14,926 nucleotides of DNA from Octopus sinensis (Eukaryota), in the NCBI RefSeq assembly GCF_006345805.1, contig NW_021825633.1, positions 1 to 14,926 of the forward strand, read 5' to 3'. The position numbers and the translations under genes were made by a program. Shown piece after piece: positions 1 to 9,454 of the stretch. The stretch's first letter is position 1. Every line of letters begins with the position of its first letter. The notes below the pieces were generated by a model. It was given only the letters and a program-made list of their open reading frames with translations. It was not told the origin of the DNA and searched no databases.

Positions 1-372
1 CTGCTACTACTACTACTTGAGCGTTAATCAAAGAATCTGAACGGCACCGCGTTGTATTGATCACGAACAAGATTTGGTTAAAGACTTAACTCTCATTATC
101 ATTGCAAAGATAAAGAAAAGCGAAGGTAAACGAAAGCAAAAAATTAAAACAACAAAATCAAGAAGAAGAAGAACAACAACAACAATCATGACTAGAAAGA
201 GAGCAACAACGACAACAACAAGAGCGACGACAACAACAAGATCGGCAAAAACAGCAGCAGCAACAACAATAACCGAAACAGCTGCAACGACAAACGAGAA
301 AGCACTGTACATGGTCGATTGACTTCTAAGAAATAGCGACCAGATTTTCATGGGGGGCCCTGGGGTGGGATT

Positions 373-507
373 TGTGGTTAACTATTGAATATGCTTCCGG
401 ATTCGATCTCACAACAGAGGTCTTTGGGCAAGTGTTTTCTATTATAGTTTCGCGCCGACAAATGACCTGTGAAGGAAAATTGAATAAATGAAAACCGCTT
501 GGAATCG
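373..507 (+). mobile_element. Degenerate tRNA-derived SINE (family 2, same family as 14635-14792)
   Basis: Colinear with 14635-14792: tgtggtta...ttccggattcgatctc (B-box-like)...ctttgggcaagtgttttctattatag...gccgacaaatgacctgtga...gaaa, followed by a TG/TA microsatellite as in the other copy. Confidence 0.65.
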
Positions 508-980
508 TTTGTATGTGTGTATGTGTGCAGTTGTATGTATGTATGTGTTTGTGTGTGTGTATGTATGTACATATGCATGCGTGTGTATTATGTATGTATG
601 TGTATGTATGCATCAATGCAAGTATGTATGTATGTGTTTGTGTGTGTATGTATGTACATATGCATGCGTGTGTATTATGTATGTATGTGTATGTATGCAT
701 CAATGCAAGTATGTATGTATGTGTAAGTATGCATGCGTGTATGCGTGTATGCGTGTATGTATATATATATGTTGGGTATGTATGTATCTATACATGCATG
801 TATGTTTATGTTTGTATGTATGTATGTATGTATGCATGTATCTATGTGTGTGTATGTATGTATGTATGTATGTATGTATGTATGTGTTTGTGTGAGTGTA
901 GTCATGTATATTTGTATGCATGTCTGTGTTTGTGTGTTTGTATATATGTATGTCTGTGTGTCAATATTTATGTGTGTGTA
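508..980. repeat. Compound (TG)n/(TATG)n microsatellite with an internal ~88-bp tandem duplication
   Basis: Direct reading. Units 533-621 and 622-708 both end in catcaatgcaa. Confidence 0.95.
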
Positions 981-1234
981 TTTCTTTTTCTCTTTTTATT
1001 TTAAAGTAAACTTTGACCGGCCCCCGGCCAAATAGCAAGGATGTAAAGGAAATCATCTTATTTTGATTATCATCCTTGAAATCTTATGAAAGCCTTGCAT
1101 CTTATTATTGACCCAGGTAACGTGATCATTTGTATCGTATGAATTAAGGAGTCACCTTTCTCTCTCTCTCTCACCAAAAATCCAAGTTCAGTCAAGCTCT
1201 GCTCCACGCGGATTAGTATATCTCGTGTAGAGTC

Positions 1235-1312
1235 AATAATAATAATAATAATAACAGTTTCAATTTTTGCCACAAGGACAGCAATTTGAGGGGAGGTGAC
1301 AAGTGGATAACA
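1235..1312 (-). mobile_element. 3' fragment of SINE family 1 with (ATT)n tail
   Basis: Reverse complement reads ...cctcccctcaaattgctgtccttgtggcaaaaattgaaactgttattattatt, matching the 3' ends at 2325-2365 and 7461-7500. Confidence 0.75.
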
Positions 1313-1666
1313 CTCACTCACACACACCCACACGTTTCTCATTGCATCGCACACATGTAGCATAGCAGGGAAGGAATGAGGACGGAGGTCTGCCCCGAGT
1401 TGTCTTCAAGTTGCCCACAAACCGTACAGGTTTAAGGGTCCAATTATGAAACTATGTATGCTGTTCGCTGCTGTTTGTTGCCAATAAATAAATGTCGATT
1501 TCTCCACTGCATTGTTTAACCCCCAGGGGCCCTTAATGATGTTTGAACGGCCCTAATAATATCTATTACTAACATCATTTAACCACACATACCTTATCCT
1601 ATTCCATAAACTTTACTTTGATTTCTCATTAATATAGAGGGAGGTTTACCAATAAATTTGTATGGT

Positions 1667-1883
1667 AAGGCAGCGAGCTGGCAGAATCGTTAGCACGCCG
1701 GGCGAAATGCTTACGTTCTGAGTTCAAATTCTGCCGAGGTCAACTTCGCCTTCCGTCCTTTCGGGGGTCGATAAATTAAGTACCAGTTACGCATTGGGGT
1801 CGATGTAATCGACTTAATCCCTTTGTCTGTTCTTGTTTGTCCCCTCTATATTTAGCCCCTTTTGGGCAATAAAGAAATAAGAA
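1667..1883 (+). mobile_element. tRNA-derived SINE family 1, alternative-tail variant
   Basis: Head ggcagcgagctggcagaatcgttagcacgccgggcgaaatgctta (A-box-like tggcagaatcg), B-box-like gagttcaaattc, core gccttccgtcctttcgggggtcgataaattaagtaccag, tail ...gccccttttgggcaataaagaaataagaa. It lacks ~20 nt between head and B box relative to sister copies. Confidence 0.9.
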
Positions 1884-2079
1884 TCGTTAGAACGCCGGAT
1901 GAAAATGCTTAACGGCGTTTAGTACATATATATATACGTTCTGAGTTCAAATTCTACCTAGGTCTACTTTGTCTTTCATCCTTTCGAGTGTTGATAAAGT
2001 AAGTACCAGTTGAACACTGGTAGATGTGATCGACTTATCTCTTCCCCCAGACATGCTGGCCTTTTGTCAAAATTATTAA

Positions 2080-2134
<55 letters not shown>
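1880..2134 (+). mobile_element. SINE family 1 copy lacking its first ~14 nt, with (ATT)n tail
   Basis: agaatcgttagaacgccggatgaaaatgcttaacgg...gagttcaaattc...ctttcatcctttcgagtgttgataaagtaagtaccag...tgctggccttttgtcaaaatt, then (ATT)n to 2134. Confidence 0.88.
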
Positions 2135-2136
<2 letters not shown>

Positions 2137-2365
2137 GGCGGCAAACTGGCTGTACCGTTAGCACGCCGGACAAAATGCTTAGGAATATTTCGTCCGTCTT
2201 TGCTTTCTTATTTCATATTCCACCAAGGTCGACTTTGCCTTCCTTCCATTCAGAATCAGTAAAGCAAATATCAGCTAAGAACTGGAGACGATGTAATCAA
2301 CTTACCCCCAACCCCACCGCCCCCGAAATTGCTGGCCTTGTGCTAAAATTTGAAGTCAATATATT
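2135..2365 (+). mobile_element. SINE family 1, more diverged full-length copy
   Basis: aaggcggcaaactggctgtaccgttagcacgccggacaaaatgcttagg...aggtcgactttgccttcc...gatgtaatcaactta...aaattgctggccttgtgctaaaatttgaa. Confidence 0.85.
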
Positions 2366-2857
2366 AAATCTTCGGTGTCTGTCAGTTTTTTTTCTGAATC
2401 GCAGGATTAAACAGACAACTTCCTCTAACATCATTCAAAAGCTTCATTGTATTGACACAGTATTAATTACATGTCGAGTCGTCTGTGAAATCGTAGCATT
2501 ATGAGCTGTCTGTCATATTTGTCAATCACAAGCTATGTTTACTTCTTAACGAGTGGTGGTGGGCTTCAGTCACAATCAGTCAGTTTGCAAGAGTGTAACG
2601 GTGAGTGAAACACGCCGGTTCGAATCTCACCCTAATCCACCGTAAAAGTTGTCTTGGGATTAAACTTCATAGCAAAATTCAATGCATATACTCTCCTTTA
2701 CTCTTTTACTGCTCTACGTGGAGATGTGTTGCAAGCATGTACGCCACAACATCCCAAGCTCCCAGTTATATCACAGAGAAAGAAAATGACAAAGGGAAGC
2801 CTTTCCACATGGTTGCTGTTGCTTGGCCTGCGGGAAATAGTAACCGAAATCTCCCTC

Positions 2858-2902
2858 AAAATCAAACCCTACCATCTTATAAAATCAAACCCTACCATTT
2901 AT
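2858..2902 (+). repeat. 23-bp tandem duplication
   Basis: aaaatcaaaccctaccatcttat (2858-2880) then aaaatcaaaccctaccatttat (2881-2902). Confidence 0.9.
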
Positions 2903-2943
2903 AAAAAGAAAAACAGGAACTAAGAGCCTATTAAATGTTTCCT

Positions 2944-2999
<56 letters not shown>

Positions 3000-3040
3000 G
3001 CTGCTGCTACTGCTGCTGCTGCGACTACCACAACCACCAC
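2944..3040. repeat. (CTA)n/(CTG)n/(CCA)n compound trinucleotide microsatellite
   Basis: Direct reading. Confidence 0.95.
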
Positions 3041-3156
3041 TGCATTATTTTGACATCTGATTGAACTGTCAGCCTCTTCACTAATTAAACTTCACCCTGT
3101 AATCAGATCGAGAAATGTGTTGAGGCTTATACCGCAAAACTCTGATCTGCCGCATG

Positions 3157-3169
3157 TGCTAGGATCGGT

Positions 3170-3253
<84 letters not shown>

Positions 3254-3318
3254 ACCTCACTACACCCAACCCCACCATAACCAGCACCCCGCACACCCAC
3301 AGCCACAAATACAGATAC
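3157..3318 (+). repeat. CA-rich segment present in inverted orientation at 5453-5554
   Basis: tgctaggatcggtgta(ca)n...ccaccataaccagcaccccgcacacccacagccacaaatacagatac matches the reverse complement of 5453-5554 apart from (CA)n length and a few substitutions. Confidence 0.9.
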
Positions 3319-3439
3319 ACAGATACACAGATACACGGACACAGACACACGCACACACATTTATTCATGTGTGTACATATGTTTGTGTGTGTCTGCGTAG
3401 ATGTATATGTGTAGATGTATGTATATGTGTGTTTGTTTA

Positions 3440-3473
<34 letters not shown>

Positions 3474-3623
3474 GGTGTGTATATAAGTGTTTGTTTCCTT
3501 TCCGTGTTTCTGCTGTGTTTTATTGTTGCTGTTTGTGTGTAAACATTGGTTATTTAATCCTGAAAGGCATTGAATAGAATGTAATTGATATTGGTCACTT
3601 GGGATAGGAATGACACCCCCCTC

Positions 3624-3760
<137 letters not shown>

Positions 3761-4344
3761 CAGTTATACATAAATTTGTCATATGAGCGGCTCATTCAGA
3801 TCAAACAGTCACAATTTCGTTGATTAAAAACAAATAAACAAAAGAAAATACAAATCTGAGTCTAGGTTTCGTATTGAGTACAATATCAGGTAAAGGGTTA
3901 ATCAACGGCCAACATGGCGCCGTGTTTGGTAAACACATACCTGTTTCTAAATACACGAATATTTATGTAAATATATTTTTATATATATATATATACATAC
4001 ACATACGTGTTTATGCATTGCTATATGTATATGTGTGTGTGTGTATGTGATATTCATCGCCCCTTTATCTAATCATCACACTGACCGACCTATCAATCAA
4101 AAAAACCAACAGATTGTATATCCATAGAAATCGCCTCCTCTTCTTCCCCTCCTCCTCCTTCTCCCCCCCCAACCTCCGCGGTGTTAAATCTCTACAACGT
4201 AAATAATCCGCTTCTGATTGCATTTGTTCTTCAAAATTGGATTCTTATGCAAATAACCGAAACACTACATGTCTACTGATTTATTGATGTTTATCAACCA
4301 ATTCTTCAAACCACTTCTCTATCTTTTCCCTAATTTTTATTATG

Positions 4345-4347
<3 letters not shown>

Positions 4348-4412
<65 letters not shown>
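4348..4412. repeat. (ATT)n microsatellite
   Basis: Direct reading. Confidence 0.97.
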
Positions 4413-4413
<1 letters not shown>

Positions 4414-4586
4414 TATGTTTGACTTTTGCTTTATGTCTGTACAAGTTGGCTCCAAGTCTCACCCAGAGACCTCAAGAGACAACAGGTTGGAAGTTCACGT
4501 TGCTGTTATGCCTAGTGTGCCATATATTTGGGGTTTTTTTGGTGTTGTACTAGTGAATGTCTAATACATAAATTTAAAAAAAAAAG
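4413..4586 (-). mobile_element. Probable 3' UTR of a 5'-truncated non-LTR retrotransposon inserted in (AAT)n (element A)
   Basis: Non-repetitive 174-bp block flanked by (ATT)n on both sides. Minus strand ends ...cttgaggtctctgggtgagacttggagccaacttgtac...gcaaaagtcaaacatag(aat)n, which resembles 3' UTRs of RLE-type (R4/Dong/HERO-like) elements as I recall them. Confidence 0.6.
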
Positions 4587-4741
<155 letters not shown>

Positions 4742-5287
4742 GAGTGAGAGAGCAGTTCATGCCATCAAAGTGACACTGGGGTAAAATATACGAAGCCCAA
4801 TATACCCATCATGACTACCCGTCTGATAAAGGTACACCAGGCACATGCATCACAACCATATGTGCGTGACATGGTGATCTCATATCAAGATAAACAACAC
4901 ATGACCTTGCAGGTGGGGCCCAGTTAGAATTTTCTTCAGGTTGAGTAGCCCATCCTGCTCAAACGGTCCCTGAATAAGGGTTGCTTTAGGATGTTGAACG
5001 AAACACCTATGTTTCCAGAGGTGAACCATTCAAACTCCAAAGAATCCCTCTCAACACATGGCCATGATGCTCCCCCACTACTTCTGCTCGTGATCAGAGA
5101 TGCACATATCGTCAGCCACTAAGGGACATGCTCAACTGGTTAAGGTCAAACAACTGACAAGCAAACCTGTGGTATTGAGCAGAATATTTGCTGTAGCCCA
5201 TCTTTTATACCAAGACAAAACAATGTACATGATAACACTTCCAGTCAGTTAAGATCAGAAGCCATGAGAGCCACTGCCTGGTACTGC

Positions 5288-5289
<2 letters not shown>
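4742..5289 (-). mobile_element. ~550-bp non-coding interspersed repeat inserted in (AAT)n (element B, copy 1)
   Basis: Reverse complement aligns end to end with 12306-12834 (roughly 90% identity by eye). Both copies are flanked by (AAT)n on both sides; no TIRs. Strand is assigned from the AAT strand. Confidence 0.9.
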
Positions 5290-5326
<37 letters not shown>

Positions 5327-5342
5327 CATTATTATTATCATT

Positions 5343-5452
5343 GCCTTTGCACAGTTTCTAACGCTGGAGATGTACTACGGTGTCAGCTGTTCACTACCAG
5401 TGAACTAAGGTAACACCTGTTATTTTTCGAGCACCTTCCGGAGTATTCCAGC
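5343..5452 (-). mobile_element. 3' end of an RLE-type (R4/Dong/HERO-like) LINE: last codons, 3' UTR and (AAT)n tail (element C)
   Basis: Minus strand 5452-5420 translates AGILRKVLEK*, resembling the LLGTAxILRKVL C-terminus of restriction-like-endonuclease retrotransposons. A ~77-nt UTR follows, then (AAT)n at 5342-5290. Confidence 0.72.
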
Positions 5453-5694
5453 GTGTCTGTGTTTGTGGCTGTGGGTGTGTGGGGTGCTGGTTATGGTGGA
5501 GTTGTGTATGTGTGTGTGCGTCCGTGTGTGTGTGTGTGTACACCGATCCTAGCAATATCAATTTAATAATGAGCCACTCATAAGGCAAATTTATGTATAA
5601 CTTATTATTTTATTGATACAGAAAAAAATACAAACTTGCGGGTAGGCGTGAGAAATCAACGAATGACTAACATACGTTCCCTTTTATAGATAAA

Positions 5695-6073
5695 CTAGCA
5701 GTATCGCACGGCGTTGCTCAGGTTTGTAAGGGAAATAACTATAAAGTATTTTAGAGAGTTATAGCCAAAAAATAGCAAAAAAATGGAAAAAATGATGGTA
5801 AATTTTTTTTGAGATTTAAAAGGTGGAGTTGCGTCCCCTAGACAGTTTGTGGTTCGTGTTTCTGATTCTCGACCCCATGTCGAATTTATCGATTTTTTCA
5901 GAACTGGGGGAACTTTTCAAAATTTTCGCTGCGTTAGTTTTGAATTATGACATTGGGCTATGTGTGTGTCAAGTTTCATCAGAATCGGTTGAAAGCCGTG
6001 GTCAGGGTGAAGGTACAACCTGACAGACACACAGAAACACGCACAGACAAACTGCCGTTTATATATAGAGAGA
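5695..6073 (-). mobile_element. Non-autonomous Helitron
   Basis: Minus strand begins A|TCTCTCTATATATAAA (6073) and ends in a decayed GC-rich hairpin cctgagc-aac-gccgtg then CTAG|T (5698-5695). Insertion between A and T with no TSD matches canonical Helitron termini. Confidence 0.85.
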
Positions 6074-6492
6074 TACTTGCGATAAACTGTAGTGACAGGA
6101 ATTCATTGAATAAACTATACGTTTCTTTCTTTCGTTTATTCAATAAATGATATATATTAGTTATAATTTATGTATAGTAGCTAACTGAATGACCTGTCAG
6201 TGTTTTGACGAAATACAGGTGCGGTGAAGGCATCTAAATAGATAATAAAATATGACATGCATGTTATAGTGAACAAAGAGAGAGAGAGAGAGGGGGGAGG
6301 GAGGGGAATAAGAGAGAGTGGGAGGGAGACAGAAAGCAGAATTCGAAAACCAAGTTTGCTGAACGCCATAAATCTGCCGAAATATTTGATATTCTGTTGC
6401 TGTTATTTGGCTCCAGTTTTAATCTTATCGACACTATTTTGGATCAAAGTCGTTCCATGCGTGACTTTATAATCTTGTTTTCACATATAGTA

Positions 6493-6957
6493 CAGGTCGT
6501 CGTAGACTTACGACCTATCCGATTTACGACTGATCGATTTTACGACGATCGGCGCGCCAGCTCCCGGCAGCAATAATATATAATCCAGTTGAAATCGAAT
6601 GGGTTTAATTTCTTAGAAATGAAATCCATTAGATTTAGAAATTAACCCATCTATGGATGACGGCAGCTAACAAACGCTTACCCTAGGTTTGGCTATCGAT
6701 CGTCACTGTGATTATCTAAAGTGTTGGACGAATATCCTGTCGCGGAGACATTGAGGCAGCCTCGTATTTGCTTATTACATGACCGCTTGAGACTCCGAAC
6801 AAATAATACTGTTGTAGTATTATGCAGAATGATGTGACTTTTACCAGAGAATGTACCTTAGGAATGTAAAAATATAAAACAAAGCTATGTAGACCTACAG
6901 GCCGACTTACGACTAGTCAGTCAGAACCAATTGTGGTCGTAAGTCAACAACGACCTG
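6493..6957. mobile_element. Tc1/mariner-superfamily MITE (pogo/Tigger-like TIRs)
   Basis: 23-bp TIRs caggtcgtcgtagacttacgacc (6493-6515) and ggtcgtaagtcaacaacgacctg (6935-6957) with 2 mismatches. TA on both sides (6491-6492, 6958-6959). No ORF. Confidence 0.92.
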
Positions 6958-7455
6958 TATTGTTGTAAAGTGGGTTCTTTCCACTGGTGTGATGTGTGAC
7001 TGCCGTTTTACTGTAGTTGCTGTTTTACGCTAGTAGCCACAGTAGTTACTAGTCATCGGATACTGGTGTATCTCTTCGTACTGGAATGGTAATACACCTA
7101 CTTCTGTCTTACTATCGCTCATAGCTCCACAAGATACCGACTAGAACTGTCGACTCTCAACTCTTTGACTCTCGACTGGTTACTAGTCTATCACATTTTA
7201 CCGGGAGAGGTATACAGTTTCACTATTACAAGTATATATATAGCACTACGTTATCCCACGTGTCATTCCTTCTTTAAGGCGGAAGGAGTTAAATTGTAAG
7301 AATATTCGTCTGCGAATAATAGATCGAGCAAACACCTAAAGACCCGAAAGATATTGCTCTTTGTTTCCTTAACAATTTGTGGCAGAGTGTGGCTACAGGC
7401 AGATGTGGCATTGAGTGTAAACTACAAAATATTGTAGAGAGAGGCTGCAGTCTAA

Positions 7456-7680
7456 AGTAACATTAGTTTCAAATTTTGGCACAAGACCAGCAATTTCAGG
7501 AGAGACGGGTAAGTCGATTTCATCGACCCCAGTGTGCAGCTGGTATTTATTTTATCGACTTCGAAAGGATGAAAGGCAAATTCGACTCTGGCGGCATTTG
7601 AACTCAGAACGTAAAGACTGACGAAATGCCGCTATGTATTTTGTCCGACAGTTTGCCGTTTCTGCCAGCTCGCCGCCTTA
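7456..7680 (-). mobile_element. Full-length SINE family 1 with 9-bp TSD
   Basis: Reverse complement taaggcggcgagctggcagaaacgg...gttctgagttcaaatgccgcc...gcctttcatcctttcgaagtcgataaaataaataccag...aattgctggtcttgtgccaaaatttgaaac. Direct repeat gcagtctaa at 7447-7455 and 7681-7689. Confidence 0.9.
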
Positions 7681-7685
7681 GCAGT

Positions 7686-7732
7686 CTAAGCATTTCGTCC
7701 GGCATGGCAACGATTCTGCCAGCTTTGCCTTA
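7686..7732 (-). mobile_element. Head-only fragment of SINE family 1
   Basis: Reverse complement taaggcaaagctggcagaatcgttgccatgccggacgaaatgcttag. Confidence 0.8.
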
Positions 7733-7764
7733 AAATGATTTATAATAATAACGCACTATAAGTA

Positions 7765-8413
7765 AAATGTGAAAATTTTCGGTGTGATATTTCGTAATCC
7801 ACTTCATCGAAAGTGTTTGCAAAGTCAAAACGTATCAGATGCACATTTAAATGGTATAAATTCTGCTTTAATACCCAGTCGTAATTCTGTAGAAGCTATG
7901 TAAAGTAGCATCTTCCTTGGCGGAAGCTGTGCCGTGAGTCGATGAACAAGTGATCTTCATCTCGGAATGTAATCACCTTCCTTCGGACAAATGTGTTCCA
8001 TAATTTTGCGCGAGATCAGAGTGATAGGTTCGTGACTATTAACACCTATTTCTTTATGAATAGACCATATTATATCGCCTCTTAGCTTGTTTTGGAAAGT
8101 TCCCTACATATAAGAAAACAATGGAAAAGTAACTGCAATGGTTTTAGCCTGAGCTTTCTTGCATGTGTTCAAAAGAATTTGCGAAAAATCATCAGAGCTT
8201 GTCCCTGAATACAAATTCATCTCATCGATGGCTGATATTACATTACCTTTTTTATGCTGATTTAATCGATGATTGCCTCTTCTCTGTGTAGATTTGCGAT
8301 GCTGAACAATTAATTAGGCTTATCTTCCAATGAAAGGCACTGTAATTTTTTTATATAGAATTCCAGTTGATCTGAGATTTGCAGACAGTCATTCCTTTTC
8401 TTTTATTCAAACC
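7765..8413 (-). pseudogene. Decayed LINE ORF2, N-terminal part of reverse transcriptase (CR1/L2/Jockey-type)
   Basis: Manual translation across frameshifts: VISAIDEMNLYSGTSSDDFSQILLNTCKKA..PLQLLF...IHK...EPITLISRKIMEHI/VRRKVITF...RHSFRQGRCYFT*LL..YDWVLK...NVHLIRFDFANTFDEVDY. These are decayed GPDG, RPISL, QHGFRxGRS and YLDFAKAFDKVDH motifs (last one at 7826-7797). The stretch 8290-8413 is weakly supported. Confidence 0.88.
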
Positions 8414-8549
8414 CAGGAACATCGGAACCGGTGTATTGCTGCGCGAGGTAACTATTTCGAAGGGGTTTTACCATCCTTGATAAAACTTAAGAAAATAAGT
8501 TACTTTTTATTAAGCATAACTAGTCCGAGGACCTTTTGATACCACCTCG
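8414..8549 (+). mobile_element. Mariner transposon 3' fragment with right TIR, nested in the LINE
   Basis: Encodes QEHRNRCIAARGNYFEG (mariner C-terminal W..C...G.YFE motif). Ends gtccgaggaccttttgataccacctcg|TA, a mariner-type TIR. No left TIR is present. Confidence 0.82.
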
Positions 8550-8551
8550 TA

Positions 8552-9050
8552 TTTGTTCTATGAACAGCAAGCATTTTAATGAGATCAAGCAGAGATTCGA
8601 TCTGATTTTGTCCTTGTGGTGACATATTGCGATTATATCGTCTTCGGGTCATTTCATGTTCGGAAACATGAAGCCGTGTAACCAAAGTACATTGATGGAT
8701 TGATCTACCTCTCGGTAGTACTTCTTTTATCATTGGACGGCTTCTCTCATAGTAAATTTACAGCATAAAGTTGCTTTATATGTCCGACACGCGTGTTAGA
8801 CACCAAGATTGAATACAATAGAAAGGTTAAAGGCGAGGCATCTTCGATGATGCATATGACAACATCAATATGAATTCTTTCTTTTCTGTCAGTCCGAAAA
8901 TACGAGATATGAGTATCATTGCATTAGTTGTGTCTGTAAGTGCTATGCATGTTGCTTAATTGTATAGGAAATGATCTGTCAGGTAAGGAGATTTGCATCT
9001 GTTATTGAGTTGTATGTAACAGGACTCTTATATGATATGTAACGTAGTCA
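8552..9050 (-). pseudogene. Decayed LINE ORF2, APE endonuclease domain
   Basis: Manual translation: HIRVL..KSPYLTD..TCIALTDT (cf. NIRGL, IALTET), FRTDRKERIHIDVVICI (cf. RxDR..GGVAIY), EKP (cf. YRPP), HGFMFPNMK*PE (cf. GDFNFPxIxW), in the expected order. Confidence 0.8.
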
Positions 9051-9133
9051 GTTCTTCGTTATTCTGTTCGATGTATTACCGTATAAATAATCACATTTTC
9101 GAAGGACAATGATGGCAGACTACCAACAAAGGA

Positions 9134-9208
9134 TATGTGTGTGTATGAATACATATAGACACATATATAAACATATAAACATATGTACGTCTATATATAT
9201 ATATATAT

Positions 9209-9239
<31 letters not shown>

Positions 9240-9327
9240 TTGTATATGTATGTGTGTATGTATGTATCTATCTATTATATATATTCATGTATACATGAAT
9301 ATATATACATCCATCCATTTGTGTATG

Positions 9328-9364
<37 letters not shown>

Positions 9365-9450
9365 ATATGCAGATAGATAGATAGATACATACATAAATAT
9401 ATTACATTTATATGTATGTGTGTATAAATAGATATACCTATCTACCTACC
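9134..9450. repeat. (TA)n/(TG)n/(GATA)n low-complexity tract
   Basis: Direct reading. Confidence 0.9.
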
Positions 9451-9454
9451 AGTA

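Noticed and set aside
308-350. Similarity of acatggtc...agaaatagcgaccagattt to 2808-2855
   Set aside because: Possibly the same old repeat family, but too short and diverged to support from this window alone.
1669-1740. tRNA gene at the SINE heads
   Set aside because: A/B boxes continue into a repeated SINE core and tail, and no acceptor stem closes.
2590-2640. B-box-like ggttcgaatctc suggesting a tRNA gene
   Set aside because: No cloverleaf or matching A box; at most a very decayed SINE head.
3855-3892. Second hammerhead-like string on the minus strand (CUGAU-AUUG-UACU-CAAU-AC-GAAAC-CUAG)
   Set aside because: Lacks G8/A9 of the core and has no pairing for stem I or stem III.
8330-8733. 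ORFs 8330-8539 (+) and 8500-8733 (-) as genes
   Set aside because: Chimeric read-through across LINE and mariner remnants.
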